Assembly: GCA_012295275.1 (NCBI GenBank)
Contig: CM022678.1
Coordinates: 6,262,001-6,326,000, forward strand
Direction: 5' to 3'
Source of the DNA: Chrysomallon squamiferum
Lineage: Eukaryota; Animalia; Mollusca
DNA: 64,000 bases
The translations under genes and the position numbers were made by a program. Every line of letters begins with the position of its first letter. The stretch's first letter is position 1. Positions 14,880-28,882 of the stretch are shown here, piece after piece. Below the pieces are notes generated by a model. The model saw only the letters and a list, made by a program, of their open reading frames with translations. It did not search any database and was not told where the DNA came from.

Positions 14880-15345
14880 CTGGGCTATTTCCCCCATCTC
14901 TCTCTCTCTCTGTGAGTGATCTATTTACTAATTCATCAAAAGGTCAGGTCCACTGTTGTTGTTGTTTCATCCAGGACCAGGGTTGTACACACCTTGTCTG
15001 TGGGAAGAGGCACATAACAGAGTAGATCACTGCATGACAGTAGGAGATTTCCTTTCTGCTTGTTTTGATGCTGTCTTCATTCATAGGTATCTTAGATTTA
15101 TAACTGACGTTTTTGTAAAAAAAAATTAAAAATATATATATGTTGAGCATGTCATTAATAAAAATGTTTGCATACATCATAGATGCTTTGATAAATGTGT
15201 CATGATGGGGTGGGGTGTTTGTAGTTCAAGTTGATATAGCTATCGTATTGGAATCAAAAGGTTCCAGGATCACTACTCCTGACTGGAATGGGAAAAAATA
15301 GCCCAAAAATTGGTGCCATTAGAAAGGTTGATCCTGAAAACCCAT
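14880..15345. mobile_element. Highly decayed SINE-like fragments (plus copy ~14880-15165, minus fragment ~15281-15345)
   Basis: tgggctattt..tcaaaagg..tgtctgtggga..tgttgag..taataaaa on plus, and ctggaa..aaaatagcccaa..gatcct on minus (tgggctattt and aaatagccca are reverse complements). Resembles, from memory, a gastropod tRNA-derived SINE; not database-verified. Confidence 0.35.
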
Positions 15346-15455
15346 CGAAGTTCATAAGGAAAGAAAATCAAAGGAAAACATAAAAAAAAAAAAAAAAGAA
15401 AGAAAATATATAAATAACAATAGTAATTATTATCATATGACATGAAGAAATTATG

Positions 15456-15488
<33 letters not shown>

Positions 15489-16159
15489 AAAAATGGAAAA
15501 AAAAAGGTCTTAAAAATGAATTAAAATAAGAACCAGATATTGAAATGTCTTCAGAAGAAAAAGAAACAAGTTACAAAACAATGTGTTTTACTGAACCTTC
15601 CTGTACATCTCACTTGTCAACCCATGAAAAAAACATAAAAAACAACAATCTCATCTTCATTCTTGAACACGCACGCACGCACACACATGCACACACACAC
15701 AGACACACACCCACAGACACACAGACACACACTCACACAAACAGACACACAAACACACATACACACAAACACAACTCCCCTTTGATAATCACTGGACTCT
15801 CTCTTCTCACCCAGCTTAAGTTGCGAGTTATTAAAGAAAAATGTTTTGGTATTTCACCCGAAATGTGAGACTAATAACACTTCGAACTCTTCCTTTGTGT
15901 TCAAATGTCAGGTGTGAAACCGTGCAGACATCGCACGTACAACAAACACAACACGCGAGATGCTGTGCTAATCAGCATCGGCAACACATCGGGCTCTGAT
16001 GTTCACCTGGACAGAAAAACGCAACCAACACATGCCTCGTACTCCCTCCCCCATACCCCCTCACCCCTTCTCCCCCACAAAAAAAGAGAGAGAGATCAAA
16101 ACAGTAGGACAGACAGCTGATTGTACTGGCATGACCTAACTCATCCTGACCTTCAGTTC

Positions 16160-16196
<37 letters not shown>

Positions 16197-16297
16197 CCTT
16201 TTATCCAGATGTCTTCTGAAATTAACTTCAGATGTCCACACTTGAAAAAACTAAATAAACAATCTACATTTTGATGTCTGAACGCCGTAGGCTACAA

Positions 16298-16501
16298 TAA
16301 TGTGAAATTATCAAAGGACTATAATTAAAAAAAAAATAAAAATAAATAAATAAAAATCTCCTAATCATTTGGTTGTAATACAATTTAAGTTCAAACTGCA
16401 ATTATAATGTGAAATTATCTAAGGACTATAACTAAAAAAAAAAAATAAATAAATAAAAATCTACTAATCATTTGGTTGTAATACAATTTAAGTTCAAACT
16501 G
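16298..16501. repeat. ~107-bp tandem duplication
   Basis: aatgtgaaattatc.aaggactataa..aaatct.ctaatcatttggttgtaatacaatttaagttcaaactg twice. Confidence 0.9.
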
Positions 16502-17796
16502 GAATGATGATAGAGAAAAAAAAAGAAGTATGCTTGACTGGCAGCTTACATAATGCTTAACACAGTAATTTTTCAACCCCTATTTTTTTCAACTCGGTAC
16601 TCATTATATAATGATTCACCTGACAAGTAACATGATATATTTTATTTTTGTTCTTTTCAGAGAGAGATTTTTATCCTGCATAAAAACGAGCTGTTAACTG
16701 TAAGCAACAGAATGAAGTAAAATAATATACTGATGTATGCATACAGACGAAAATAGGATAAATGCTTAAAGTGTGTGTGTGTGTATGTGTGTGTGTGTGT
16801 GTGTGTGTGTTATATTATATTTTAAATAAGAATAAACTCCTCTGAGTTTAACAAAGAAAATGAAATAAGCTGGTTTATGTTAAAGAAGTTTTAAATCATT
16901 TAATATCAAAAATTGCATGTTGTATTTAATATACTACTAATATTATTCCAACTATTACTACTACTACTACTAGTACCACTATTACTGCCCCTACTACTAC
17001 TACTACTACTACTACTATTACTACAACTTATAAAACAAACCTACCTGTATCTCTCTCTCTCTATCCTTCTGTCATTCTTATATCCAGGTACTTTTACAGA
17101 ACTGTTGAAAATTACAGATCCTAGGAAAACTATGACTTAGCATTTTTGTGGGGTGGGGGAAAAAACCTTTTTTTTTTTTTTTTTTATTGTTTATTTGAAA
17201 TGTGCTCTGTCATTGGTTTGAGTTTCTCACCTGTGACAATGACTGTATACCTGTCAAACTCGTCAAAGGTGAGTTACCTTACTTAGTGGAAATAGGAGAA
17301 TTTCAGCTATTTAAGAATGTATTAACTTTGATATGTGGCTGATAATTATAATGATGAGTTGGTCAGTCAATAGGATGCAGGATCTCTACTCCTTTGTGCC
17401 ACTGTTGGAATATTTATCATTCCAAACACTGCTTCAGACATTTTTGCTTTCCTGTTTATGAGTTGATACACAACAATGAAAAAAATGTTATTTAATGATA
17501 TCTATATAATAATACTGTTTTTTTTTTTTTTTAATAATTCATTAGAAAATGTGTTTGGTGTTTTGATTACTAGTAATGACAGTAACTCCTCAAAAGAAAT
17601 CACAATCATTCTTTTCACCAGTTATTCATCCAGTTCTCATTCCTCCTATTCACAGATCATTCCATACTTCCATCCCTTCTTTTTCCCATCAGTTATGCAA
17701 ATATATATATATATATATAATCCAGTTTTTGTTCCCAACCTTCATTCTTCAATCACTCACTCTACAGTCCAACTATCATCAAAGTAAAGCTCTAGA

Positions 17797-18230
17797 AAAC
17801 ACACACAGACACACACACAAAGGGAGACACACACAAACGGAGACACACACAAACACACACACACAACAAACCCAACACATACACACCCACACAACAAACC
17901 CAACACACACAGACACACACACACACAAACCCACAAACAACAAACCCACACACAAACACACAAACAACAAACCCACACACAAACACACAAACAACAAACC
18001 CACACACACACCCCCACACACAAACAACAAACACACACACACACAAACACACACACAAACAACAAACCCACAACACACATAAACACACACACAAACAACA
18101 AACCCACACACACAAACACACACACAAACAACAAACCCATACACACACTAAACAAACACAACAAACACACACACAAAAACACACATTCACACACAAACAC
18201 ACACCCACACTCACACACAGACAAACAAAC
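17797..18230. repeat. CA-rich ~24-bp minisatellite
   Basis: cacacaaacaacaaacccacacac-type units. Confidence 0.9.
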
Positions 18231-18588
18231 TCAACTCCACTGAACTGCTAAAAGAAATGTAAAGAATTTCGGAATACACGACGCGAGACGGACCAGCTGA
18301 TTCTGACTTCATACTGGATTACCACTGGTCTAATCCACTGATCACAGATAGACCCAGCTAATAGATAACAATGCGTGATGAGCAATCGGTGTGTTGTTTT
18401 GTTTGGCATTGTGTGTGTGAACTGAAGCAGATATCTCTTTTGTGTAATCCAAATCCCCTGTTGTCATCATGTTATACTACTCTTCTCCCCGTACAATACG
18501 AGGTGTATTAAACAGTAACAAACAAGTTTTGTAGCGCGTCAAGCCTTACTCCATGCTTTGACTTTAATTTAGCCAGTTTTTTTTTTTC

Positions 18589-18655
<67 letters not shown>

Positions 18656-18686
18656 TTTCTTTTTCATTTTTATTTTTATTTTTTTT

Positions 18687-18804
18687 TTTAGTGTTTGTAT
18701 GTGTATGTTTATTTTATCTCTATCTTTTATTTATTTTTGTTCTTCTTTTCGTCTTATTTATTTCTCTTACTCATCTCTCTCATTCTCTCTTTTTTCTCAG
18801 TCTG
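18687..18804 (+). repeat. Left arm of long-range inverted repeat (partner 29796-29914)
   Basis: Manual alignment to the reverse complement of 29796-29914 gives roughly 88-90% identity over ~115 nt. Confidence 0.85.
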
Positions 18805-18934
18805 CCAGTAAAGGGGTTTTAATGTGAGATCTTAGTCTTAATGAAATAAATCTCTATTCTAATTTTACATATTAAATTTTTTTTTATAATGTTTTATCTG
18901 TTACTATCCTTCATATGTCTGCCAATCTCTCAAT

Positions 18935-18937
<3 letters not shown>

Positions 18938-19028
<91 letters not shown>

Positions 19029-19035
19029 TCTCTCT

Positions 19036-19079
<44 letters not shown>

Positions 19080-19242
19080 CCCTCTCTCTCTCCCTCTCTC
19101 TCTCTCTCTCCCTCTCTCTCTCCTCTCTCTCTCTCTCTATCTCTCTTTCTCTCCCTATCTCTCTTTCTCTCTCTCTATCTCTCTCTCACTCTACTCTCTC
19201 TATGTCTCTCTCTCCCTCCCTCCTTCCCCCTCTCTCCCTCTT
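18938..19242. repeat. (TC)n polypyrimidine tract
   Basis: Seen directly. Confidence 0.95.
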
Positions 19243-19541
19243 CTCAACCCCAGTAACTGACACAATCACAACCAGCAAAATACACAGAAGAAACAACACA
19301 ACAGTAACCACACAGTATTTAAAAACAACCTTACTCCACACCACATCAAACTCCACCACAAACTCACAAAAATCTCTTTTAATTAAATACACTTCAATCC
19401 CACCACATCACACACATAAAAAAAAACCAAAAAAAAAAAAAAAAAAACCAAACAACAGTAACAACATCATCAAGTCAGTCATGATATATATATATATATA
19501 TATATAATAAATCCAGCAAACATGTGTTCCATGCACTGGGG

Positions 19542-19572
<31 letters not shown>

Positions 19573-19964
19573 ATCACCTCTTTCACACATCACCGAGTCA
19601 CCTATTCCATCAAGTTCACCCTGCAGGCCAGGTTTTTATCCAGCCCAAACATAAGCTGCCTGAAGAGATGTGTTGTGACTAATGAGGCATTGGTTACCAT
19701 AATTAAGCAGCTTGTCGCCAATACCCACAGGCTGCTCTGCCTGCACTTCCCACTCTTGTGTGATAGGCCAGGCAGTGGTAGTATTAATAAAGACAGACAG
19801 ACAAACAGACAGAACTGTTTGTTTATAATGTCACCTAATGCATCTGCGAACCAGAGTTCAACAATAGAATATAATGAGCGCAATTTGTATAAAATCTACA
19901 AGCAATCTTCAGTCGTGGATAGGCCTGATTAAAAAGCATCTCGCTTGGAGAATTGTTTGTCGCT

Positions 19965-20335
19965 AATTGACTGACACTGAAGTCATGAGAGATTTTATAA
20001 GGAATAGTTTATCCAAAGGATCTGGTGGTATGTGCTGTCCTGCATATAAGCCCTAGAATAAAAGTGGATTCACGTGCTTAAAATGTAACTTGACGTAAGC
20101 ATGGAAAATGTTTTACACTAACTGACACTTGAAGTTATGAGAGATTTATAAGGAATAGTTTATCAAAGGATCTGGTATGTGCTGTGCTGCATTTAAGAAG
20201 CTACAATAAAAGTGGATACATGTGCTTAGACTGTAGTTAGACAAAAGCTAGTTTGTCATTAACTGACATAAAATTATATGAGATTTACAAGGAATAGTTT
20301 ATCAAAGGATCTGGTATGTGTTGTCCTGCATATAA
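19965..20335. repeat. ~145-bp tandem repeat x3
   Basis: actgacac..gagatttataaggaatagtttatcaaaggatctggtatgtgctgtcctgcatataag at ~19970, 20121, 20262. Confidence 0.9.
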
Positions 20336-20460
20336 AAGATTTCTTGCTGCCAGTTGAAAACAGATACTTCAACATGTTGCAGCAGCAGGGTTTTTTCTCA
20401 TGATTTATTTCTGTGGTCCTTAATGATATACATGTCATAAATATTAAAAATGTGTTTAGC
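20300..20460 (+). mobile_element. Decayed SINE-like body/3' part
   Basis: atcaaagg..tggtatgtg.tgtcctg..catataaaagat..cttgctgc..gcgg/cagggtttt..tctgtggtccttaa..aaaatgtgtt. Order of blocks matches my recollection of a gastropod SINE family. Its 5' part is what got amplified in the 19965-20335 array. Confidence 0.45.
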
Positions 20461-20830
20461 CTGTAAGCATATAATATAATATTTTTTCCTTCTTTTCTGT
20501 AATATCATATCAACAACTCTGTGATTCACATTGCTGTCTGGTACAGACTGTGTCCTTTTATACAGCCTAAATATTAAAATATGTTTTAATTGTAAATCAT
20601 ATTATGATGCAATTTTTTTCCTTCTTTTCTGATTTTATCATTTTTTTTGTGATTAATTTTTTTTTTTTTTTTACTGTACCAGTTTGGCATTTCAAGCATC
20701 TATATAAAAATATATTATGATGCAATTTTTTATTTTGTTTTTATTTTTATTTTTTAATTTTTTTTTTTTTTTTTTTTTTTTTTTACTGTACCAGTTTTGC
20801 ATGTCATATCTATATAAAACTATATAAAAC
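20430..20830. repeat. Degenerate tandem duplications
   Basis: aaatattaaaa.tgt.tt..cata..at.atg.aatttttt.ccttcttttctg, and actgtaccagttt.gcat..tctatataaaa, each repeated. Confidence 0.7.
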
Positions 20831-21935
20831 ACCACAAATTTTTAATTTTTTAATTTTTAATTTTTTTTTATTTTTTTTTTTTTTTTTGTTGTTGTTGGCT
20901 GAACTTGCAAATTATTTTCAGGTACAAGTTAATCATATTCATGACAAATGAGCTTTTCTAACCTCACAAGTTGTTAGAGGCAATCCATGTGTGTCAGGAT
21001 TTATATTTATAACCACTAATTAATGACTTATTTTACTCAAGCTTCAGTCCAGGCTTGAGATGTGGTTAAGACTCATTACAGGATTTATTACATTTACACC
21101 TCAAACAAACTAATGGACCAAATAAACTGTTATTAAAAAAAAAAATGGGGGTTAATCTGGTAACTGATGCCAATATATATTTACATAAAATGAAACTAAG
21201 ATCTGTGATGGACTGTTTCAAACAGTTAATTGTTACATTGTCTTCAGCAATCTTGAACACCCACCGCCACTCACCCACCCCCCGATTTTGTTCATTACTG
21301 TCTCATGAGGGCCAGGGTTTTGTACACAACAGTCATGCTTAAACATTCTTTGATGGAAAAAAAAATTGTCCTGAACCTTCAGAACTAGGCTTCATTGTGG
21401 ACAAATAATCCAAAGCTATTGGAAGAGAGATTTCAGACAGACTGCTGTTCAGAAGTGTTGAAAATTTATATTTATCTAATATTCTGAAACAGTGTTGTCA
21501 AACATCCGTATGGATGTCGTCAAGCAGTTGACTTCCATTATAATGAGACATGAACAACCCGCCAAGAGAGCATTCTGATTTCTTCTGAGACGCATACTGC
21601 TTCATTTTTCCAGATTCAGTCTATCACATTTCCATGTACACATATTCTAGACATCTGAGAAATCTGACAGTCCATTAAACTCTGGCATACAAACATTCCA
21701 TTAAAAAAATAATAATAAAAAAATAAAAAAATAGAATAATCCTTGGTTTTTTCCAGACAAAGTCATTCCTATAACTGATGAACATTAATAATTTTCTTTT
21801 CATTACATCACACACATTAGTGGAGTTTTTTTTGTTTTTGTTTTTCAAACATTAATTTCACTAAGTGTAAATCCACCATCTTGCTTTCCATGAATGACAT
21901 AAGCTGAGAATAAATGATCCATTAGATCAAAAAAA

Positions 21936-21967
<32 letters not shown>

Positions 21968-22914
21968 CAACTACGCGTAACAAACTGATTATAAAAAAAC
22001 ACTGTTTCTTTCATTAGCTAATTACTAATCTATTTAGGTACAAAGTAGAGCTGGAAGGAATTTAATGAATTTCGAAAAACGAGCAGCTATATCATTTACA
22101 ACATAAACTTCTATAAAAATCGGTGAAGCAATGCAGCTGTTTGCAATGCAGTCTGGGATACTTCAAACAATCTAGCAGGGGAGGTCTATAAAAAAAAAAA
22201 AAATGACTGTATATGGACAATTCACAGACAGACAGACAGAGGTTTTGGTATCTCTCTGGCACAAACAATCAGATTTCACACAGACCTATAAATTTCATAA
22301 CTGTCTCGGAACCCGTGGACAAGAAATGCAATTTCACGCAGTGGTTTGGCACTGATAGCACTGTTAGGTTGTTGTTAACATGTACACCCTTTATTTAGAG
22401 ACACTTAAAAACACGATAAATGACAAGCCACAGTGCACAAACTGATAAAGAGATGTCAAAAAAAACAAATAAAAAATAATTTAAAAAAAAAAGAGCCTTC
22501 AGCAAGGTCAATGTAACATTTATTTAACCCTGTTGTGTGGTGTGTGTATCTGTGAGATATATCAGTTATCTGTAGATAATTGTTGTTGCTGATGTTATTG
22601 TAATTACTGATACTGCTCCTGCTGCTGCTGCTGTTGTTATTGTTGCTGCTGCTATTATTATGATCATAATTATCATTTCAGTAATTTGCTATATTCACAT
22701 CTACTGTTACTTCTACTACTACTACTACTACTACCAAACAACTACTGCAACAGCTGCACATATAATTATTACTAACTAGCACCAATGTTGTTGCTGTTGT
22801 CGTAATACTATTAATAAGCACTAAAAAAATAACAGCGCTGTAGCAGTAATAGTTATAACAGATTATGCACTAAAAAAATAACAGACCTGTAGCAGTAATA
22901 GTTATAACAGATTA

Positions 22915-23060
22915 TGCAACAACAATAAACAACAATAACAACAACAACAACAACAACAACAATAAACAACAACAATAACAACAACAACAATGACAACAAC
23001 AACAAACAACAACAATAAACAACAACAATGACAACAACAACAACAACAACTATGATAACA
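22915..23060. repeat. (CAA)n microsatellite, preceded by a 48-bp duplication (~22818-22918)
   Basis: Seen directly. Confidence 0.9.
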
Positions 23061-23169
23061 AAAACAGTTACCGAACATTATCTATCTCTCAACGTAGCTT
23101 CGCTGATTTATGTCACGTACAACACATTTTGATAACAGACAGCTGCTAATGGGAACAAACTGCCTTCAC

Positions 23170-23207
<38 letters not shown>

Positions 23208-23543
23208 TTCATATTGATCCGATGTTAACTGCATTAAACGGACATAAGCTGTTAGCTCATCGACTGCTACTTGTGTCAAGTACATGCGGTATCGTTACCG
23301 GTGTGTGATTATACTTACGTTATAATCTAGAGATAATAGAGGATGAATGGATGGATGGATGGATGAATGGATGGATGGATGGATGGATGGATGAATGGAT
23401 GGATGAATGGATGGATGGATGGATGAATGGTTGGATGGATGGATGGATGAATGAACAGATATGAAATCATTAGTTAGTATCAGTGTAAAGCAAATTTTCA
23501 ACCTCATTAATACTCTGTAACTAATTAGTTAATCAATTTACAT

Positions 23544-23574
<31 letters not shown>

Positions 23575-23989
23575 ACAGACACATAGACTGAATGAATGAA
23601 TGAATGATTGGCTGAATGAAAAGAACAAAAAGAATGAATAAAGAACAAAAATCAACAAAAGAATAAACAGCAAACAAAATAAAATGAAAGAAGGAAGGAA
23701 TAAATTGCCATACAGCGCCTAAAGACATTTTAATATTAGTGTCTGTTAACAGGATGCTGATGTTAAAATGAATGTTACTGTCAAGGCAACATATTACCTT
23801 TTTAAAATACAGCTTGAAAGTGATTAGAAGAAAAAAATGAAAAGAAAAAAAAAAAAATTTGATTATGCAAATTTCATGTTAACCTTGTTGACTGATGATT
23901 TTTATATACATATGACCTCAAGTACTTATTTTTATTTAAACTATTAATGGACAGACAGACAGACAGACAGATAGATGAATGGGCAGGTA

Positions 23990-24820
23990 ACTAAATACAC
24001 AGACAGTCAGATAAAATGCATACCAGAGAGATAAATATGTAAACACCAATTTTTTAATCTCTTTTAAAGTAAATATAATTATTCTCACATATATACACAG
24101 AGACAGACAGACAAACAGAAGTAAAAATTGATTTTGCATTCACTGACATAGATACATAGATATAATCTATTTTAATATAAATATAATTATTCTTACATAT
24201 ATATACACACAGACAGACGAACAGAAGTAAAAATTGATGTTACTTTCACTGACATAGATACCAAGATATAATCTATTTTAATATAAACGTAATTATTCTA
24301 AAATATAAACACAGACAGACAGACAGACAGATATACAAATACATTTTGCATTCACTGACTAAGACATTAAGAATATAATCTCTTTTGATATTATTATTCT
24401 TGCATATATACAGACACACAGACAAACGTAAAAATAGTTGTTACATTAATTGACATAGATACCAAGAATATAACATCTTTTAATATAAATATAATTATTT
24501 TTACTCATATACAGACAGAAAGACATGCATAAAAAAAAAAAGATTTTGCATTCATTTTTATATACACCAAGAATATAACAACTTTTAAATATAATTATTC
24601 TTACATACATACACACAGATATGAAAACAGATGTTGTGTTCACTGACACAGAAAACCTAGAATATAATCTATTTAATGTAATTATAATTGTTCTTAAATA
24701 CATACAGACAGACAGATATAAAAATAAACGTTGCAGTCATTAACCATAGGCTGATGAGTATAATCTCATTTAATACAAATACACTTTTTCTTACAGACAG
24801 ACAGACAGACAGACAAACAG
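23990..24820. repeat. Degenerate ~105-120 bp tandem repeat x ~7
   Basis: (gaca)n..aaaattgattttgcattcactgacatagataccaaga.tataatct.ttttaatataaatataattattctta recurring. Confidence 0.85.
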
Positions 24821-24825
24821 CCATG

Positions 24826-24858
<33 letters not shown>

Positions 24859-25149
24859 AGAGGTTGCATACCAAATCTACATTGTACTGTACAGAGATGT
24901 TTCAAAGGTGCTGATGATGACAAATAACCTTCACAGGCTGTGATTATTAAGAGAGGCAAATGGGAACGAATTGCTGGGGTCATTATGTAGGAGAGTGAAA
25001 CTGATAACAGTGTTTTATGGGATGAAATTAAAGAGCACTGTCTAGTTTCCCACCTCAGTAGGGGAAAACAAAAAAAACTAAATCATTTACAACCAGACGA
25101 AGTGAAGCAAGCTGATATCAGACAGCTTTTTGTGTCCAGGGTGATGAAA

Positions 25150-25725
25150 GGGGAGATGTTTGAAGGGTGTCACTGACCAAGTTGAAAGGGGTTTTGATGG
25201 ATTAGGTTTGGGACATCTTGAAAGACTGGGTTGATTATCTTGAAAGATTGTTTAAGGGACTGGTTTGGTTGTCTTGAAAGGGTGTTTAAGGGACTGGGTT
25301 AAATATCTTGAAAGGGTGTTTAAGGGACTGAAATATCTTGTTTTAAGATTGTCTTGAAAGGTTTAAGGGACTGAGTTGATTTAAAGGGACAGATTTGATC
25401 ATCTTGAAAGGACTTAATCTTGAAAGGGATTTTTGATCATCTTCAAAGGGTGGGGACTGAGAAAAAGGGTATTAAGGGACTGGGTTGATCATCTTGAAAG
25501 GGTGATTAAGGGACTGGGTTTAAGGGACTGAGTTGATCATCTTCAAAGGGTGTTTAAGGGACTGGGTTGATTGTCTTGAAAGGGTGTTTAAGGGACTGGG
25601 TTGATCATCTTGAAAGGGTGATTAAGGGACTGGGTTGATTATCTTGAAAGGGTGTTTAAGAGACAGATTTGATATTCTTGAAAGGGTGATTAAGGGAGTG
25701 GTTTGATCTTCTTGAAAGGACTTAA
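25150..25725. repeat. ~34-bp G-rich minisatellite
   Basis: tcttgaaagggtg(t/a)ttaagggactgggttgatca units, more than 10 copies of varying integrity. Confidence 0.9.
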
Positions 25726-26312
25726 TGGAAGCTGATTTTACACTTCTGGAAGAATATTATGGAAAGGTGGTTTCTGATTTAATGACGTTTGTTAAAAGAA
25801 GTGGATTTTTGATTTCAAAAGGAACATTAAGGGAAGGGGTTGCTTATATCAGAAGTCAAAGGCCATTCTCATGTTTCTTCTTGTTAGTTTTCTTCCTAAC
25901 AGTTTAACTTACTAACAAAATCTTTTAAAGACAGGACAGGTTAGTTCCTTGGGTCGTGTGTCCATGATATCTGTGCTTTAATCTTTAGTATGACTGACTG
26001 CTGCAGACAAATGAAACAAAAACATAACAAGTATTTTCATAACAAGTATATGAGTTCCCTGGCTCCAAAAGAGACATGTTAAGAAAAGCTAATATCAGTT
26101 CTGCCAAATCAGATACTGTGTTATTACAGAAAAACACCCCCAGGGACTTATAATAATAATATCCTACATTGATAACATTATTAATGGAACATGCTTGCTG
26201 CCTTATCAAAAAAACAATAACAAGAGTTATATCTGACAGCACTGTTCCTAGAATTCCAGTGGTAAACTATTAAATAAAAAGACGTAAACAATGAAAGTAA
26301 AGTCATTTCTTT

Positions 26313-26348
<36 letters not shown>

Positions 26349-26439
26349 ACTGATACAGAACACAAACGTTAGCCATAACAGAAATTACAAGTCAAATATT
26401 TATAAATAATTTACAGGAACACAAATGCTACAGTTTTAA

Positions 26440-28000
26440 AGATGTGAGTAAATCACTAACTGTCACCGATTGTTGTAACTCCACACATATATTCTTGTAC
26501 ACCTATGTATAGTATTTTTTGTGAAAACCAAAATAGTATAATATGACTAATGTCAGTCAGACATTCATTAAGTCACCACACAGTTGCCATGTTAAATAAA
26601 GAAGCAGGTAATATATCAAAATGTCATCGGTTTCTTTTTTAATTCAAGTATAATCTTGTAGTATTATTTGAAAACCAATACCGTAAGGTCTTATGTGAAT
26701 AACAGTTTCACTAGGAACATTGTTGCCATATTACACAAAAACACAGCTAATATATCTTAATGTCATCGATTGTTTAAATTCAAGTATAATCTTGTAGCAT
26801 AATTTCTTGTATAATATCTTTCAGCATTATTTGAAAACCAATACCATAAGGTCTTTATATCAATAGCGATTTCACTAGGATACCACTTTTGCCCTGTTAA
26901 ATAAACATACAGCTAATATATTTAAATGTTGATTGTTTTAATTCAAGAATAATCTTGAAAATATCTTTTTGTATTACTTGAAAACCAATGATTGAAGTGT
27001 TTATGTCAATAATAATTTCACTTCAATACCACTGTTGCCATTTTAAATAAAAACACAGCTCATATAACTTAATGTCATTGATTGTTTTAATTCAAGTATA
27101 AAATTGTAAATGTCTGAAAACCAATACTTTAAGTTTTTATGTCAATACCAAATTCACTGTTGCTACATTAAACAAAAACACAGCTAATATATCTAAATGC
27201 CATTAATGTTTTTAAAATGCAGAATATAGTTCTTTTATTATTATTATTTTGAAAATCAATACTATGAGTTTTTATATCAATAAAACATTCATTAGGACAC
27301 CATACTGAATTTAAAAATAGCTGATACCTCTAAATTTCATTGTCTGAATTCAAGTATATTCTTGTAAATTCAGTGTTATTTGAAAACCGATATTATAAGT
27401 GTCTTATGTCAGTAATAAAAATTCAATGGGACATCATGTCTGCCATGTTATGTAAAGACAGAAATAATTCATTTAAATTCTGTTCATTGTTTTACAGACA
27501 GACAGACAGACAGAAAATAATTTAGTGTGCTAATCAGAGCAAACTATTGTGAAGCACATTCATTGTTTTAATTCCTATACACTTGTATATTTCTGTTTAG
27601 TATTATTTGAAAAGTATCTAACGTCAACAACAAAATTCACTAGGATACCAGTCCTTTTGTATCACGCAAAGACAAAAAACCAATTCATTTAAATGTCATT
27701 CATTGTTTTTGACTCTCATAATCCTCTACTTCTGTTTAGCATTATTTGAAAAGTGTTGAATGTCAACAACAAAAAAAATTCATTAGGATCCCAGTCCTTT
27801 TGTATCACGCAAAGACAAAAACCAATTCATCTAAATATCATTCATTGCTTTTTTAACTCCCATATTTCTACATTTCTATTTAATATTATCTGAAAAAAGA
27901 GTCTAACATCAGTAACGAATTCACTAGGACACTACAGCACTGCTGCATTACATAAAGGCAGGACTAATACAACTAAAATGTCAGTGATTGTTTTAAGCCC
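26440..28000. repeat. Diverged ~130-150 bp tandem repeat x ~11
   Basis: cacagctaatatat.taaatgtcat.gattgttttaattcaagtataatcttg..ttatttgaaaaccaatac..tatgtcaataa..ttcactagga recurring. Confidence 0.9.
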
Positions 28001-28540
28001 TGTATATCGAACCACGCTGCATATTTATGATTCTCTGAAATCCATTCCTGCAAGTCTGGTCTGAGACCAATAAATCATCTGCAACACGGCACATCCATAA
28101 ACGATGCTAATGGAAGCAAATATGCAACAACATCAGCAGCATGCACAATGTCTATAGATGCACAATGCTGTAATAAATATTTGAAATGGTGCAGCATGCA
28201 TGCACTGGGAAGTACTGTGTGTGTTGTAATAATAATCATGAGAAGATCATAAAGAACCAAAAAAAAAAAAAAAAAAAAAAAAATGCATATTCTGTTTGCA
28301 CTGATGTGTATCAAATGACATGTGATGAAAATAAAAATAAGTTAATAAATAAATAAACAATGACAAGAGCAACAATAACAATAATAATAATGATGATGAT
28401 GATAAAATGTTAAAGCTACTACAACCACGACTACTATACCTACTGTTATTACTTCTCACACTACAACTATTTGTACTACTACTGCTACTACTAACAAATA
28501 AAGCTTTGGTCAAAATCAAATATCTGATACTAATAACACA

Positions 28541-28574
<34 letters not shown>

Positions 28575-28686
28575 TTAATAATAATAATAATAAAGCTTTG
28601 GTAAAAATAAAATATCTGACAAAATATACAGCAAACTTCTTATAGTATACTACTAGTAACTATTAACAAAACTAATACTACATGTA

Positions 28687-28688
<2 letters not shown>

Positions 28689-28742
<54 letters not shown>

Positions 28743-28882
28743 TAACAATAACAATAACAATAACAATAACAGTAACAATAACAACAATAACAGTAATAAC
28801 AATAATAATAAAAGTAATAACAATAATAATAATAATAATAATAATAAATAATAACAATAACAATAACAATAACAATAATAAT
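28689..28882. repeat. (TAA)n/(TAACAA)n microsatellite
   Basis: Seen directly. Confidence 0.95.

Noticed and set aside
19654-19675. Resemblance to miR-745 (agctgcctga)
   Set aside because: Only about 10 nt match and no precursor hairpin evident.
20346-20363. Resemblance to miR-22 (gctgccagttgaa)
   Set aside because: Incomplete match, no hairpin partner seen, and it lies inside a SINE-like remnant.
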